A stretch of 64,000 bases of DNA, from contig MWEM01000006.1 in assembly GCA_002071085.1 (NCBI GenBank), forward strand, positions 10,198 to 74,197. The letters are read 5' to 3'. The position numbers were made by a program, and so were the translations under genes. Below, piece by piece: positions 1 through 10,393 of this stretch (within the stretch, counting starts at the first letter, position 1; every line of letters begins with the position of its first letter). The stretch comes from Thermotogota bacterium ADurb.Bin062 (GTDB taxonomy: Bacteria > Thermotogota > Thermotogae > MWEM01). The notes under the pieces were generated by a model. The model searched no databases. It was not told the DNA's origin and worked only from the letters and a program-made list of their open reading frames with translations.

Positions 1-218
1 CGCTGCTCCGGTAAACCGAGCAAAGCGGCGTATCTTTTAAGGAAGTCTTGCAGATAGATCGCCGGTATCTCGTTGAAAGACCCCGTCTCCAACCGGTCGA
101 CGGTTTCGACGGAGATATGCGTTTTATCAAAGACGTCCTCCGGGGTCAAGAGGAGGTAGTTCCGGCGTTGCCGTAACATCCGCCCTAACTCCTGCCATTG
201 GCCGATTGGACGCGTCAT
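1..218 (-). CDS. XRE/RodZ-like helix-turn-helix protein (5' part only; runs off the left edge; not in ORF track)
   Basis: Manual translation from ATG at 218 (GGAGG upstream): MTRPIGQWQELGRMLRQRRNYLLLTPEDVFDKTHISVETVDRLETGSFNEIPAIYLQDFLKRYAALLGL, the typical RodZ N-terminal HTH pattern (G..LR..R...LE.G....P..Y...FL..YA..LGL). Confidence 0.75.
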   Translation of the reverse strand, partial: MTRPIGQWQELGRMLRQRRNYLLLTPEDVFDKTHISVETVDRLETGSFNEIPAIYLQDFLKRYAALLGLPEQ

Positions 219-236
219 TTCGGAAGCCTCCGTCCC

Positions 237-1355
237 TTAGAAGTGCCCCGAGGAGGCTTTTTCTATCCGGTTCATCAGGGCCAAACCCAAACCGACTTCT
301 TCGAATCCTTCGATAATCCCCCATCGATAACCGAGCGCGTCCACCGTACGCAAGGAATGAAAGAGGTTTTGAGCGATACTGTAGAGGTTTGACCGGCTTC
401 CCATCGAGATAGCCGAATACCCTCTGGCGGAGTGGTAGTTGATCGTCTCGGCCGTTGCCAAAATCAGGGCCTCTTTATCTTCACCGCGTAAGCGAAGATA
501 GAGCTCTTCCGTGTCTTTGGCGAGTTTGGTCAGGTTTCCGGTCCAGGGGATGATCGCGATGGCGGCTTCCGGCGCATAGTGCCGGTATTTCATACCCGGC
601 GCGAGGGCCTTCGAACTTTTCAGGTTGATTTCGAGGTTGGGGATGATCTCCTTCAACTTTTCCACGGTGATCGGTCCGGGCCTTAACAATACGGGCGGCG
701 TTTGGAGCAGGGAGATGATCGTGGATTCCAATCCGATCGTGATCGGCCCGTTATCGATGATCCATTCGACCTTCCCCTCCAATTCTCGCAAGTGTTCAGG
801 CCGAGTGGCGCTGGGTTTGCCGGAGATATTCGCGCTGGGCGCCGCGATCGGTTGGCCAGCCGAGTTGATCAATATCTGCGCTACGGGATGCGAAGGGAAT
901 CGAATGGCCACCGAAGGCTTCCCGCCGGTGATCTTGTCCGAGACGCGCTGAGATTTCGGCACAACAAAAGTAACAGGCCCAGGCCAAAATCGTTCCGCGT
1001 ATAGGAAAAAAAGATCCGGAGTGGATTCGTGTATCAGGTCCAACGCTTGATTGATATCGGCGATATGGACGATCAAGGGATTGTCCGCGGGGCGGCCCTT
1101 CACACAGAAGATCCGTTGAACGCCTTTCGCGGCGTAAATACCGGCGCCGAGTCCGTAAACGGTTTCGGTGGGAAAAACGGCCAACTCACCCCTCGTTAAA
1201 GCCTCTGCGGCCGGTTTGATCTTCTCTTGTATTTGAAAAAGAGAATGCTTGTCGGTGAGAACAACGCGCTGGGTGGAAACCACCGAATCGACCGCATTCT
1301 CTTCGTTTTCCGGGAGAAGCCCGTGGTGTTTCTCGCTTTGATCCATGCTCCACAC
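237..1355 (-). CDS. sua5: Threonylcarbamoyl-AMP synthase, Sua5 type (YrdC + Sua5 C-terminal domain)
   Basis: FPTETVYGLG, KGRPADNPLIVH, APSANISG, GxESTI and PGMKYRHYAP motifs; true start may be slightly downstream. Confidence 0.95.
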   Translation of the reverse strand: MWSMDQSEKHHGLLPENEENAVDSVVSTQRVVLTDKHSLFQIQEKIKPAAEALTRGELAVFPTETVYGLGAGIYAAKGVQRIFCVKGRPADNPLIVHIADINQALDLIHESTPDLFFLYAERFWPGPVTFVVPKSQRVSDKITGGKPSVAIRFPSHPVAQILINSAGQPIAAPSANISGKPSATRPEHLRELEGKVEWIIDNGPITIGLESTIISLLQTPPVLLRPGPITVEKLKEIIPNLEINLKSSKALAPGMKYRHYAPEAAIAIIPWTGNLTKLAKDTEELYLRLRGEDKEALILATAETINYHSARGYSAISMGSRSNLYSIAQNLFHSLRTVDALGYRWGIIEGFEEVGLGLALMNRIEKASSGHF

Positions 1356-1360
1356 CTGAT

Positions 1361-2179
1361 TTAACTTTTAAATAAAGACTTAAACAACCTCCAGAAAGTC
1401 GGTTTCGAGAGTTTGTAATCCTCCTGCAAGGGGACTTTGTGGCCTAACATCCGTCGAGCGACGTTCGTGAATATTTTATTCAGCTCGTTGTCGCTCTCGA
1501 AGGCGATCGGGAGCCCGCGATTCGATCCAATGACCACGGCTTCAGAATCCGGCACGATCCCTACCAGCGGGATCGCCAAAGTTTTAGTCACATCGTCGAT
1601 CGATAGCATACCGCGCTTTTCGGCCACATTGGGCCGAAATCGGTTCACGATCAGGAAGATGTTCTCTTCAGATATTTTGCTCTTTTCCAGAAGCCCGGTC
1701 ACACGGTCGGCGTCGCTCACCGCCGTATACTCGGGATTGGTCACGATGATGGCAGCGTCCGCCGCGACGACTGCGTTTCGAAACCCGCTCTCGATTCCCG
1801 CGGGAGAATCGATAAGGATGATGTCGAAGTTCGGTCGCAACTGGGCGACGACCTTCTCCATATCTTCGGGCTTCATCATTTCTTTCGTTGCGATCTGAGA
1901 AGCCGGCAGAAGATAGAGGTTTCGGCTGGTTTTATGACGAACCAAAGCTTCCATAGAGCCGACCTTCTCGGTGATTACGTCTATGATCGTGTACAAGATT
2001 CTGTTTTCGAGGCCGAGCACCACGTCGAGGTTTTTCAACCCTATGTCCGCATCGATCAAACACGTCTTCTTTCCCAGACGAGAAAAAACCGCTCCGAGGT
2101 TGGCCGTTACCGTTGTTTTACCGACACCGCCTTTTCCGGATGTGATCACGAAAACTTGTCCCACCTTCAACCCCCTCAC
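1361..2179 (-). CDS. minD: Septum site-determining ATPase MinD
   Basis: Deviant Walker A SGKGGVGKTT, DADIGLKNLDVVLGLENR, DSPAGIE, C-terminal amphipathic helix FWRLFKSLF. Confidence 0.95.
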   Translation of the reverse strand: MRGLKVGQVFVITSGKGGVGKTTVTANLGAVFSRLGKKTCLIDADIGLKNLDVVLGLENRILYTIIDVITEKVGSMEALVRHKTSRNLYLLPASQIATKEMMKPEDMEKVVAQLRPNFDIILIDSPAGIESGFRNAVVAADAAIIVTNPEYTAVSDADRVTGLLEKSKISEENIFLIVNRFRPNVAEKRGMLSIDDVTKTLAIPLVGIVPDSEAVVIGSNRGLPIAFESDNELNKIFTNVARRMLGHKVPLQEDYKLSKPTFWRLFKSLFKS

Positions 2180-3201
2180 TTTTCATTCTGTCCGCGATCG
2201 GACAAAAGAGTCAACAAGGCCTTTGACGCGTCGCTTTGAGCCATTTGGCGCTCGATATATCGGACGACCTTCTCGATATTCGCGAAGAAGTCGCCCCGTA
2301 AAGAACACCCGGAAGCCTTCAGATGGCCGCCGCCTCCGAAATAGGCGGCGACTTGAGAGACATCGAACCATTTCTTCGAGCGGAAACTCACGCGGGTGTC
2401 CCCGGCCTCGGATTCGACGAACAGGACCGCGCATTCGGTCCCCTTGATGGATCGCAACTCACCGATGAACCCGGCGGTATCCTCTTCCGTGCATTCGCAC
2501 TCCCGGAGCATCTCTTGCGTGATATAGGAATAGACCAGTTTACCGGAGAGTAAAATTACGAGTTTTTGGATCATCCGGGTCAAGAGGTGGAACTCCTCCG
2601 TTTTTTTGTTCTCTAAAATGGTGGAGGCGTTGAAGTAAGGTTGGGCGCCCTGTTCCATTAAAAAGGCCGCATCTTTGAACAAATCGGCCGTCGTGTTGCT
2701 GTAACGGAAAAATCCGGAATCCGTCTGCAACCCTAACATATTCACGGTCGCCAGGACCGGGTCGTAGGGCACGCCCAGACGTCGATTCAACATCAAGATC
2801 AGCTGGGCCGTCGCGGAGGCGGTGGGCTCTACCCACTGCACCGTTCCGAAGGAAAGCGCTGAACGGTGGTGATCGATGACGCAGGAGGGCTTTTCATCCA
2901 ACCATTTAGCGAACCGACCCATACGATCGGGTGAAGACCCGTCGAGGAAAATTAGCGCCTCGAACCCGTTGTCTATCGGATACCCACGGATTTGGTCGCA
3001 CAAAGGAATCGACTGAAAGACCTCTGGGATGGGCCAATCGATCGCCGCTTGGGTTTCTTTACCCAGACGACGTAAACCAAAACTCAAGGAAAGTACGGAG
3101 CTAATCGCGTCTCCATCCGGCTGTATGTGACTCACGATCAAGAAAGAGCGGTACCTTTCCAAAAACGCCGTCACCTCTGCGGCTTTTTTTTCAGAAATCA
3201 C
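2176..3201 (-). CDS. nrnA: DHH/DHHA1 phosphoesterase (NrnA-like oligoribonuclease / pAp phosphatase)
   Basis: HxxPDGDA, IDHH, TDSGFFRY-like and GGGGH motifs. Confidence 0.85.
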   Translation of the reverse strand: MISEKKAAEVTAFLERYRSFLIVSHIQPDGDAISSVLSLSFGLRRLGKETQAAIDWPIPEVFQSIPLCDQIRGYPIDNGFEALIFLDGSSPDRMGRFAKWLDEKPSCVIDHHRSALSFGTVQWVEPTASATAQLILMLNRRLGVPYDPVLATVNMLGLQTDSGFFRYSNTTADLFKDAAFLMEQGAQPYFNASTILENKKTEEFHLLTRMIQKLVILLSGKLVYSYITQEMLRECECTEEDTAGFIGELRSIKGTECAVLFVESEAGDTRVSFRSKKWFDVSQVAAYFGGGGHLKASGCSLRGDFFANIEKVVRYIERQMAQSDASKALLTLLSDRGQNEK

Positions 3202-4085
3202 GGCGTTTTTGTCTCCGTATGAGTTTTTCCTATCTTTTTTTCGTACATTCTTTGATCCGCCCTTTCCAACGCGGATCGAGCGGAGTCCGTCCCGAGAACT
3301 ACCGTGAAACCGATGGTCACGTTCAAGGTCACCGGAAATTTCGTCTCGTACACCTCGCGTTCGAAGCGCTGCGTGAAACGGAGCAAGTCCTCCTCGGAAT
3401 CGATGATTAACAACACGACGAATTCGTCTCCTCCGAACCGATAAGCCCGTTCCCCTTTCCGGATGCTGCTAAGGATGCACTTGCCGAAGAGCGAGAGCAC
3501 CGAATCGCCGGTGATGTGCCCGAACCGGTCGTTGATGCTTTTAAACCGGTCGATATCCATAAAAACGATCCCAATCTGGTATTTCGCCCGTTTGACGTTT
3601 TCGATATGGGTGCGTAGGTCCTCCAGAAGGGTTTCTTTATTGTACAACTTCGTCAGCGCATCAATATGAGCCTGTTCAGCGACCTTTTCGAGGGCGTCGC
3701 CCAGCACTTCCTCGATAATCACGTCGTGTAAGATCATGGCGAAACCCAAACAGGTTCCTTCACCGTCCGTCAAGCGGGCGCTATACAGTCTCATATGGGT
3801 TAATAAGCCTTCCGGAGTCTCGATCCACACCTCGAGCGAGGCCGCATTTCCACGTAGACAGTGCATCTCTAAGAAGTACTCGAAAGAGATTTTTTGACCG
3901 AAGACGTCAATCATCGTCATAGCCTCATCGAAGGTTTTACCGACGATCTTCTGCGCGGTATGGCCCGTTATCAAAGAGGCGCCGCTATTCCAAAACAAAA
4001 AACGCCCTTCTTGATCGACGATCGCAACGCCGGTGGAAAAGAGGTCGAGCGTGTTGATCATAGATTGGAAGGATATTTCGCGCAT
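3198..4085 (-). CDS. PAS-GGDEF diguanylate cyclase
   Basis: N-terminal PAS (WNSGASLITG), DALTKLYN, DIDRFKSINDRFGH and an intact GGDEF. Confidence 0.92.
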   Translation of the reverse strand: MREISFQSMINTLDLFSTGVAIVDQEGRFLFWNSGASLITGHTAQKIVGKTFDEAMTMIDVFGQKISFEYFLEMHCLRGNAASLEVWIETPEGLLTHMRLYSARLTDGEGTCLGFAMILHDVIIEEVLGDALEKVAEQAHIDALTKLYNKETLLEDLRTHIENVKRAKYQIGIVFMDIDRFKSINDRFGHITGDSVLSLFGKCILSSIRKGERAYRFGGDEFVVLLIIDSEEDLLRFTQRFEREVYETKFPVTLNVTIGFTVVLGTDSARSALERADQRMYEKKIGKTHTETKTP

Positions 4086-4122
4086 CTCATCACGTTCCTT
4101 TCGTTTGCGCTTCTATATGAGA

Positions 4123-5400
4123 TTATAGCATAAACCAGCGGATCGCCAAGTAAGCCGTAGCCACGGTCAAACCGATCAAGGTCACGCTGAGCCCTTCTTT
4201 GAAGAAGGCCAAATACTTTACCTTTCCTTTGTAGTTTTTTTCGATCAAGCCGACCGCAACCATATTCGCGGCCGCGCCGCTAAAGGTGGTGCTCCCTCCC
4301 AAACCTGTGCCCAAGGCCAAAGCCCACCACAGTTCATAACTGTGCGGAATCGTCCCTTGAAGCGATTGCACGATCGGGATAAAAACCGTGGTGATGGGGA
4401 CCGCACCTATAATACCTCCGAGTAACCCTGAGACCCACAAGACCGTCAAGACGACGAAAACTGGGGGGACCTGCATCCGCGAGATGGCCGTCGCCACGGC
4501 CCCGGTGATACCCACGTCCTTGAGGGCTCGCGTTACAGCAAAAAGCCCGAGGAAAAAGAAAATCGTTTCCCATTCGATCTCCGTAGAGATAGAATGAAAA
4601 TCGCGCTTACTGAGAATAAGGATAATGATCGCGCCAAACAATGCTATTAAGGACGGCTCGTATTCGAACACGGAATGAAGTAGGAAGCCGAGAATGACGA
4701 ACCCAAAAACGATCAGGCTCTGCTTGAACAGTTTTCTATCGGTGATCGCCTTTGAGGGGTCTATCGAAAGCAAGCGCTCGAGTTTTTCCGATGGGATTTG
4801 GGCGAGCGCTGCATTCTTCTTACGGAAATATAAGGTGTAGATGGCCAAAACGATCAAGGTGGGCCACAGCATCACCGACGAAAACTGGATGAATCCGGCA
4901 TTCGCAGCACTCCCGATGAGCAGGTTGGGCGGATCCCCGAGGATCGTCGATGTACCGCCTATATTCGCGGAAAACAACAACGCGAGAATGAGCGGGGTCG
5001 GGTTAATCTGTATCGAATCGGCTATGAGGAAGACGATGGGGGCGAAGACGAGGATGGTGGTGACGTTATCAAGAATGCTTGACAGGAGCGCGGAGGCAAC
5101 CAGCATCAAGAGGGTAATCCGTAACATACGGCCTTTAGACAGTTTGACGATCCAGGCGGTGATGAACTCAAAGAATCCGGTCGACTTTAGAACGCCTACG
5201 ATGATCATCATTCCTATGAGAAGGCCGATGGTGTTGAAATCGACGTACTCGCCCACCGATCCAACGGTCAGTTCCGGAGAAACCTTCAATAGGAGAATGA
5301 GAATTCCGGCGGCGAACGCCACTACCGATCGGGGGTACTTCCCCTGCATAATCAAAGCGTAGGCGATGACGAAGATCGTAAACACCACAATGGTTATCAA
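4123..5400 (-). CDS. ArsB/NhaD/SLC13-family ion transporter permease
   Basis: Highly hydrophobic; LDNVTT, ANIGGTSTILGDPPNLLI and ANMVA motifs; start trimmed to the TTG after GAGGGAG. Confidence 0.85.
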   Translation of the reverse strand: MITIVVFTIFVIAYALIMQGKYPRSVVAFAAGILILLLKVSPELTVGSVGEYVDFNTIGLLIGMMIIVGVLKSTGFFEFITAWIVKLSKGRMLRITLLMLVASALLSSILDNVTTILVFAPIVFLIADSIQINPTPLILALLFSANIGGTSTILGDPPNLLIGSAANAGFIQFSSVMLWPTLIVLAIYTLYFRKKNAALAQIPSEKLERLLSIDPSKAITDRKLFKQSLIVFGFVILGFLLHSVFEYEPSLIALFGAIIILILSKRDFHSISTEIEWETIFFFLGLFAVTRALKDVGITGAVATAISRMQVPPVFVVLTVLWVSGLLGGIIGAVPITTVFIPIVQSLQGTIPHSYELWWALALGTGLGGSTTFSGAAANMVAVGLIEKNYKGKVKYLAFFKEGLSVTLIGLTVATAYLAIRWFML

Positions 5401-5473
5401 TAGACTCCCTCCCTCATATCTCGACACGCCGAAGTATATCACAATCGTCGGGATCGTAAAAAGCCCATAAGGT

Positions 5474-5501
5474 AAAAAAATAGGGGCTTTCGCCCCTATT
5501 T
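5474..5501 (-). terminator. Rho-independent terminator after gdhA
   Basis: Minus strand AATAGGGGC-GAAA-GCCCCTATT followed by a U tract. Confidence 0.85.
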
Positions 5502-5515
5502 CAATAAATGGGCCT

Positions 5516-6778
5516 TTAAGGGTAGATCCCTCGCAACTTCGTCACCGTGGCCACTTTTTCTATAGATACGACGTAGGCAGCCGAACGCATATCGGTGTTG
5601 TACTTCTCTTTCGCCCCCGCCACATCGGCGAAGGCCTTTCTCATGAGCCGATGCAAGGCTTTTCGTACCTCGTCGATATCCCAGAAATACCATTGCATAC
5701 CCTGTACCCATTCGAAGTAGGAAACTGTCACACCACCGGCGTTGGCTAAGAAGTCCGGAACGATGAAAACGCCTTTCTTCAGAAGGATTTCGTCTCCTTC
5801 CGGAGTGATCGGACCATTTGCCGCTTCGACGATAATTTTCGCTCTCACGTTATTGGCGTTTGCACCCGTGATCTGATTCTCCAAAGCGGCCGGAATCAGA
5901 ATATCGACATCGGAGGCGAGCAATTCTTGGTTTGAAATCTCGCGATCTGCGTTCGGGTAGCCTTTGATCACTTTGTTTTTCGCGCAGTAGCCCATCAGAT
6001 CGTTCACATCGAATCCGGAATCCTTATAGTACCCGCCGGAGATGTCGCTGATCGCGACGATCTTCGCGCCAAGTTCTTCGGAGATGAGCCGGGCCGTGTG
6101 CTGTCCCACGTTCCCAAACCCTTGAACCGCTATCCTCATCTGATTCAACGGTTTGTTGACCTTGCCCTTGTCCGTCAGGTACTTGACGACCTCTTCCGTG
6201 CATACGCGCACGCCCCGCCCGGTGGCTTCGGTCCTGCCAAGGGAGCCGCCGAGCTCCAGAGGTTTTCCTGTGACGATGCCGAGAACCGGTTCTCCGACGT
6301 TCATGCTGTAGGTGTCCATATACCAACCCATAACCTTACCGCTCGTGTTCACATCGGGGGCGGGAATATCCGTCTTTTCTCCGATAATGACCTGAATCTC
6401 TGAGAAATATCTTCTGGAAAGTCTCTCCAGTTCGCCTTCAGAGAGAAGAGTGGGATCCACCTTTACACCGCCTTTTCCCCCGCCGTAAGGAATCCCCACA
6501 ACCGCCCCTTTCCACGTCATCCAGAAGGCTAAGGCTTTCACTTCGTCCAAGGTGACATCGGGGTGATACCGGATACCGCCTTTCGCGGGTCCCCTGGCGA
6601 CGTTGTGCTGAACGCGGTGACCGGTAAAGACTTTGATGCTACCGTCGTCCATCTTAACCGGAAAGTTGACGGTGAGTTCTCGTTTTGGATAGGCCAAGAC
6701 CTCTCGCATACTCGGTTCTAACTTCATAATGTCAGCCGCTTTGTAAAATTGTTTCAATGCGTTTTCAAATAGGCTCAC
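5516..6778 (-). CDS. gdhA: Glu/Leu/Phe/Val dehydrogenase (glutamate dehydrogenase)
   Basis: RGPAKGGIRYH, GGGKGG, PAPDVNT, GFGNVG, EAANGP, NAGGVTVSYFEW; GTG start after AGGAGGGAG. Confidence 0.95.
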   Translation of the reverse strand: MSLFENALKQFYKAADIMKLEPSMREVLAYPKRELTVNFPVKMDDGSIKVFTGHRVQHNVARGPAKGGIRYHPDVTLDEVKALAFWMTWKGAVVGIPYGGGKGGVKVDPTLLSEGELERLSRRYFSEIQVIIGEKTDIPAPDVNTSGKVMGWYMDTYSMNVGEPVLGIVTGKPLELGGSLGRTEATGRGVRVCTEEVVKYLTDKGKVNKPLNQMRIAVQGFGNVGQHTARLISEELGAKIVAISDISGGYYKDSGFDVNDLMGYCAKNKVIKGYPNADREISNQELLASDVDILIPAALENQITGANANNVRAKIIVEAANGPITPEGDEILLKKGVFIVPDFLANAGGVTVSYFEWVQGMQWYFWDIDEVRKALHRLMRKAFADVAGAKEKYNTDMRSAAYVVSIEKVATVTKLRGIYP

Positions 6779-6976
6779 GTATCTCCCTCCTTTGGAATTG
6801 CTGTTCTCACACACTCTATTGTACCCAAAACCAACGAAAAATCCAAATCCGAGTTATCCGTACTTCAAGTCTTTCCACTCGAAAAACCCCTAGAAGGACT
6901 CGGTTTCCTTACCAAAGTCGAGGAAAACCCGCTGCTCGTTCCGATTACCCGCGATTCAGACCTCTCTCGTGCTCTA

Positions 6977-7005
6977 TTGACTGTTGACTAACTTCATGAT
7001 AGTAT
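6977..7005 (+). promoter_or_regulatory. Sigma70-type promoter for the ABC exporter operon
   Basis: TTGACT-17 bp-TAGTAT with TG extension. Confidence 0.6.
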
Positions 7006-7088
7006 CGCTCCGTGAACAATCCCGGATGCCCACAGATTTCTTTCTTTCGCCAAACCGATGACAGACGGGGAACAGGGGGAGGCGTAAC

Positions 7089-8009
7089 GTGTCCGAAGCG
7101 ATACTGGAAGTGAAAAACCTGAAAAAATATTTCCAAACTGTCAAAGCGGTGGACGACATCTCTTTCAATGTGAATCGCGGCGAGGTATACACCATGTTAG
7201 GCCCGAATGGCGCTGGAAAGACCACGACCTTAGAAATCATCGAGGGGATTCGAAAAGCCGATGAGGGAGAGATCAGCTTCTTTGGAAAAAGGATGAAGTA
7301 TGTCGATCGTAAAACGAAAGAAAAGATCGGCGTTTCACTGCAAACAACTGCATTCATCCCCCATTTGAAGGTCAAAGAGACGATCGCGCTATTCGCGTCC
7401 TTCTTTCAAAAATCTCTACCCGTTGATGAAGTGATCGGGTTCGTCTCCCTGGAGGAGAAGAAAAACGCTTACGCCGAAAAGCTATCCGGAGGGCAAAGAC
7501 AGCGGTTAGCCATCGCCTGCGCTCTCATCAACGACCCCGAGTTCGTATTTTTGGATGAACCGACCACCGGTTTGGACCCTCAAGCTCGGCGCAACATCTG
7601 GGACATCATCGAAAGCTTGAAGTTACGGGGGAAGACAGTCTTCCTCACGACCCACTATATGGAAGAGGCTCAGAAACTCAGCGATCGCGTGTGTATCCTG
7701 GATCACGGCAAGATCGTGGCAATCGATACCCCCGAAGGGCATATTATGAAGCTGGGAGAACGGAACTTCATCGAATTTTCCTGTCCAATGAGCCCGGAGG
7801 ACATCGCCGAGCTCAATTCTTGGAATGGAGAACCGATCAAAATGGAAGAAGAGAAGGTCATTTTACCAACAAAAGACCTTTACGGAAATCTAGACAGGTT
7901 AATGAAGTGGGCGAACCAAAAATCGATCATCCTGAACGACATCAACATACGCCGCCCAAATTTGGAAGACGTCTTCTTGGACAAAACGGGAAGGAGGTTG
8001 CGAGACTAA
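7089..8009 (+). CDS. ABC-2 exporter ATP-binding subunit
   Basis: GPNGAGKTT, LSGGQ, LDEPTTGLD, C-terminal LEDVFL. Confidence 0.95.
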   Translation: MSEAILEVKNLKKYFQTVKAVDDISFNVNRGEVYTMLGPNGAGKTTTLEIIEGIRKADEGEISFFGKRMKYVDRKTKEKIGVSLQTTAFIPHLKVKETIALFASFFQKSLPVDEVIGFVSLEEKKNAYAEKLSGGQRQRLAIACALINDPEFVFLDEPTTGLDPQARRNIWDIIESLKLRGKTVFLTTHYMEEAQKLSDRVCILDHGKIVAIDTPEGHIMKLGERNFIEFSCPMSPEDIAELNSWNGEPIKMEEEKVILPTKDLYGNLDRLMKWANQKSIILNDINIRRPNLEDVFLDKTGRRLRD

Positions 8010-9181
8010 TGAATCTCGTATTCCTCAAATCCATATTCCTGTCGAGTATCCGGGAATCTGAGGTTATGTTCTGGTTTTTTTTATTCCCGGTATTGCTCCT
8101 GACCATACTGTGTGTCATATTCACGAATATGGGGACGGAAGGCATCCATTTCACTGCCGCGGTTCTAGACCAAGGGGGAAACGGCGTAGGATCGACAATC
8201 GTTCGCCAGATCTTCGATGAGATCAGTGCCGAGAAAGAAGGACATACCTCGCTTTTTTCGATACTCCCTGTCAAGACGCGTGAGGAGGGAGAACGGTTCC
8301 TCAAAGAGCAGCGGGTCCACATTTTCATAGAAATCCCCGAGGACTTCGATCCCAAGTTCAGCCAGATTTTGTTCTTCTCGCGTTTCGTCGGCACTAAGGC
8401 GCAAGCGCCCAGCATCTTCATTCATCAAGTGAAGGTTAGGGATGCCTCCTCGCTTGCGACCGAAATTATGAAACAGATTCTTACGATGATCAACGGGGAA
8501 GCGGCGAAGCGGATGGGGGTCACCCTGCCTAGCGTGACGGTGGAAGCGAAAACGGTCGGCGCTGTCCAAACCTTTTCTATGGCTGACTTCATGTTCGTGG
8601 GAGTCGTCTTGATGTCCTTTTTAAGCGCGGGCTTCTTTGGTCTGGCTTCAGACATCACCACCTATAAAAGTGAGCATATCTACAAACGTATCTTCGCCAC
8701 GCCCGCGAGAACGAGAGATTTTTTTTTCGGAGAGCTGATTACTATCCTCTGTATGTGCGCCATCTCTTTTACGCTACTCTACCTGTACGCAAGCGTCGTT
8801 TTCCACATATCCCTCGACATCTTCAAACCGGGCGCCCTCATTTACGTGCTGCTGGCTTGTGTCACGAGCATCGCATTCGGTCTATTCTTGGGAAGCGTCT
8901 GTAAAACACCCAATAGAGCCGCCGCTTTTGGTAATTTCCTGTTTTTCCCGATGCAATTCTTGGGAGGTCTTTACTTCCCCGTTTTCAACCTTTCGCCCTG
9001 GGTTGATTGGTTCATCAAAATTAACCCGGTGACTTATCTCGCCGCGGGAATCCGTCAAGAGATGGGCCTACTCTCCTCTCCTTTTAAGCCATACCTGCAT
9101 TATACCGTCCCCCTGGTGTGGGTGAGTGTGCTCATAGGTCTTGCGTTTCTCTTTTTCCGAAGGAGAGGTGAAGAGGCGTGA
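8009..9181 (+). CDS. ABC-2 exporter permease
   Basis: TM-periplasmic-TM layout, NPVTY motif; ATG overlaps the ATPase stop (TAATG). Confidence 0.9.
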   Translation: MNLVFLKSIFLSSIRESEVMFWFFLFPVLLLTILCVIFTNMGTEGIHFTAAVLDQGGNGVGSTIVRQIFDEISAEKEGHTSLFSILPVKTREEGERFLKEQRVHIFIEIPEDFDPKFSQILFFSRFVGTKAQAPSIFIHQVKVRDASSLATEIMKQILTMINGEAAKRMGVTLPSVTVEAKTVGAVQTFSMADFMFVGVVLMSFLSAGFFGLASDITTYKSEHIYKRIFATPARTRDFFFGELITILCMCAISFTLLYLYASVVFHISLDIFKPGALIYVLLACVTSIAFGLFLGSVCKTPNRAAAFGNFLFFPMQFLGGLYFPVFNLSPWVDWFIKINPVTYLAAGIRQEMGLLSSPFKPYLHYTVPLVWVSVLIGLAFLFFRRRGEEA

Positions 9182-10302
9182 AAACCTTCTGGAATATGTT
9201 CCTGGCCTTTTTCTATAATCGCTTTCGAGATTTCGGTAGCCTCTTCTGGAATCTGGCCTTCCCCCTGATGTTTATGTTCATCTTTGGGCTCGCTTTCGGG
9301 ACCGGCTCCACCGGAGATTCGACAACAGCCTCCTCGACTGAGAGGAACTGGACTCACGTCGGGGTCTACTTTTCTGAAGGGTTTTCCGAAGACTTCAAAG
9401 ACCGCCTGGCCGATCTCGTGGAAGACTACGGGCTGAAGCTTTTTGAAACCCCATCAGAAGGAGAATTGGAAACAGGGGTGATCCGCGGAAGCTCCGGAGT
9501 GCGTTACGGCATCGCTTTTACCGGAGACCCGAAAGCGATGGGGCTAACCGCCTATCTGAGCGCGGGCAATCAAAACAATGCGATGTATCAGTCCACGGTC
9601 AATTCCCTGGCACAGGACTTACGAACTAAAGAAGCAAATTTCCGAGAGATTTTAAACGTGGAAGTCATAGAGGCTGAAATCTATGAAAAGCCGGTGACCA
9701 CGGTCGGCTACATCCTGTCCGGTATCCTATCGATCTCTATAACCTTTTCCGGACTTTCCGCGTTGATCATTAGCTTAGGGCACTTCAGGAAACGCAAGAT
9801 CATACGTCGATTTCTAGCGACGCCCTTGAAAGGCTCGACCTTCTTATACGCGGACATCCTCAATAACTACATCTTTTCCTTCATCTCGTTATGTATCTTG
9901 TTTCTCGTCTCAGCCGGGGCCTTCCGCATCAGGTTCACGATCCATCTGCCCTATTTGGCGCTCACCTTCGTGTCTTCACTGTTGTTTATGATGGCGTTAG
10001 GCGGGTTTTTTCTCGTTCTTTTACGTAGCCCGAAGGCGGCGATGAACGTTTCAAACCTGTTTTCGAACGTCCTCATCTTCTTTTCCGGGGTTTATTTCCC
10101 GTTGGAAGTATTGCCCGAGTGGTTGCGGTCCCTCGCCTTCTACCTCCCGATGACTTACGTGGCCAGATCGATGCGGTTTTCTTTGGGCCAGGATTTCATA
10201 CCTCTATCGGAGTTCTATACGTCGAACCTCATCTTTCTGGCGATTGGCTTGATCACCATCCCGCTTTTCGGTTACTTTATTTTCAAGAGGGAGCAAGAAT
10301 AG
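9178..10302 (+). CDS. ABC-2 exporter permease (second)
   Basis: FWNLAFP, RRFLATP, FSGVYFP, LPMTY; overlaps the previous stop. Confidence 0.9.
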   Translation: MKTFWNMFLAFFYNRFRDFGSLFWNLAFPLMFMFIFGLAFGTGSTGDSTTASSTERNWTHVGVYFSEGFSEDFKDRLADLVEDYGLKLFETPSEGELETGVIRGSSGVRYGIAFTGDPKAMGLTAYLSAGNQNNAMYQSTVNSLAQDLRTKEANFREILNVEVIEAEIYEKPVTTVGYILSGILSISITFSGLSALIISLGHFRKRKIIRRFLATPLKGSTFLYADILNNYIFSFISLCILFLVSAGAFRIRFTIHLPYLALTFVSSLLFMMALGGFFLVLLRSPKAAMNVSNLFSNVLIFFSGVYFPLEVLPEWLRSLAFYLPMTYVARSMRFSLGQDFIPLSEFYTSNLIFLAIGLITIPLFGYFIFKREQE

Positions 10303-10393
10303 GGATAAAAAGCTGGACGTACGCGCGACGCACATTTTCCTCTTCCCCGGTTTCGTGAACGCCCTATGAGTATTCTTTGAAAGAACTCGCGGT

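Noticed and set aside
7691-8008. Long N-terminal extensions in the ORF track (7691, 36456, 36815, 55179, 43428, 18582, 16406, 11656)
   Set aside because: They overlap the upstream gene; better starts with RBS or stop-start coupling lie downstream and were used.
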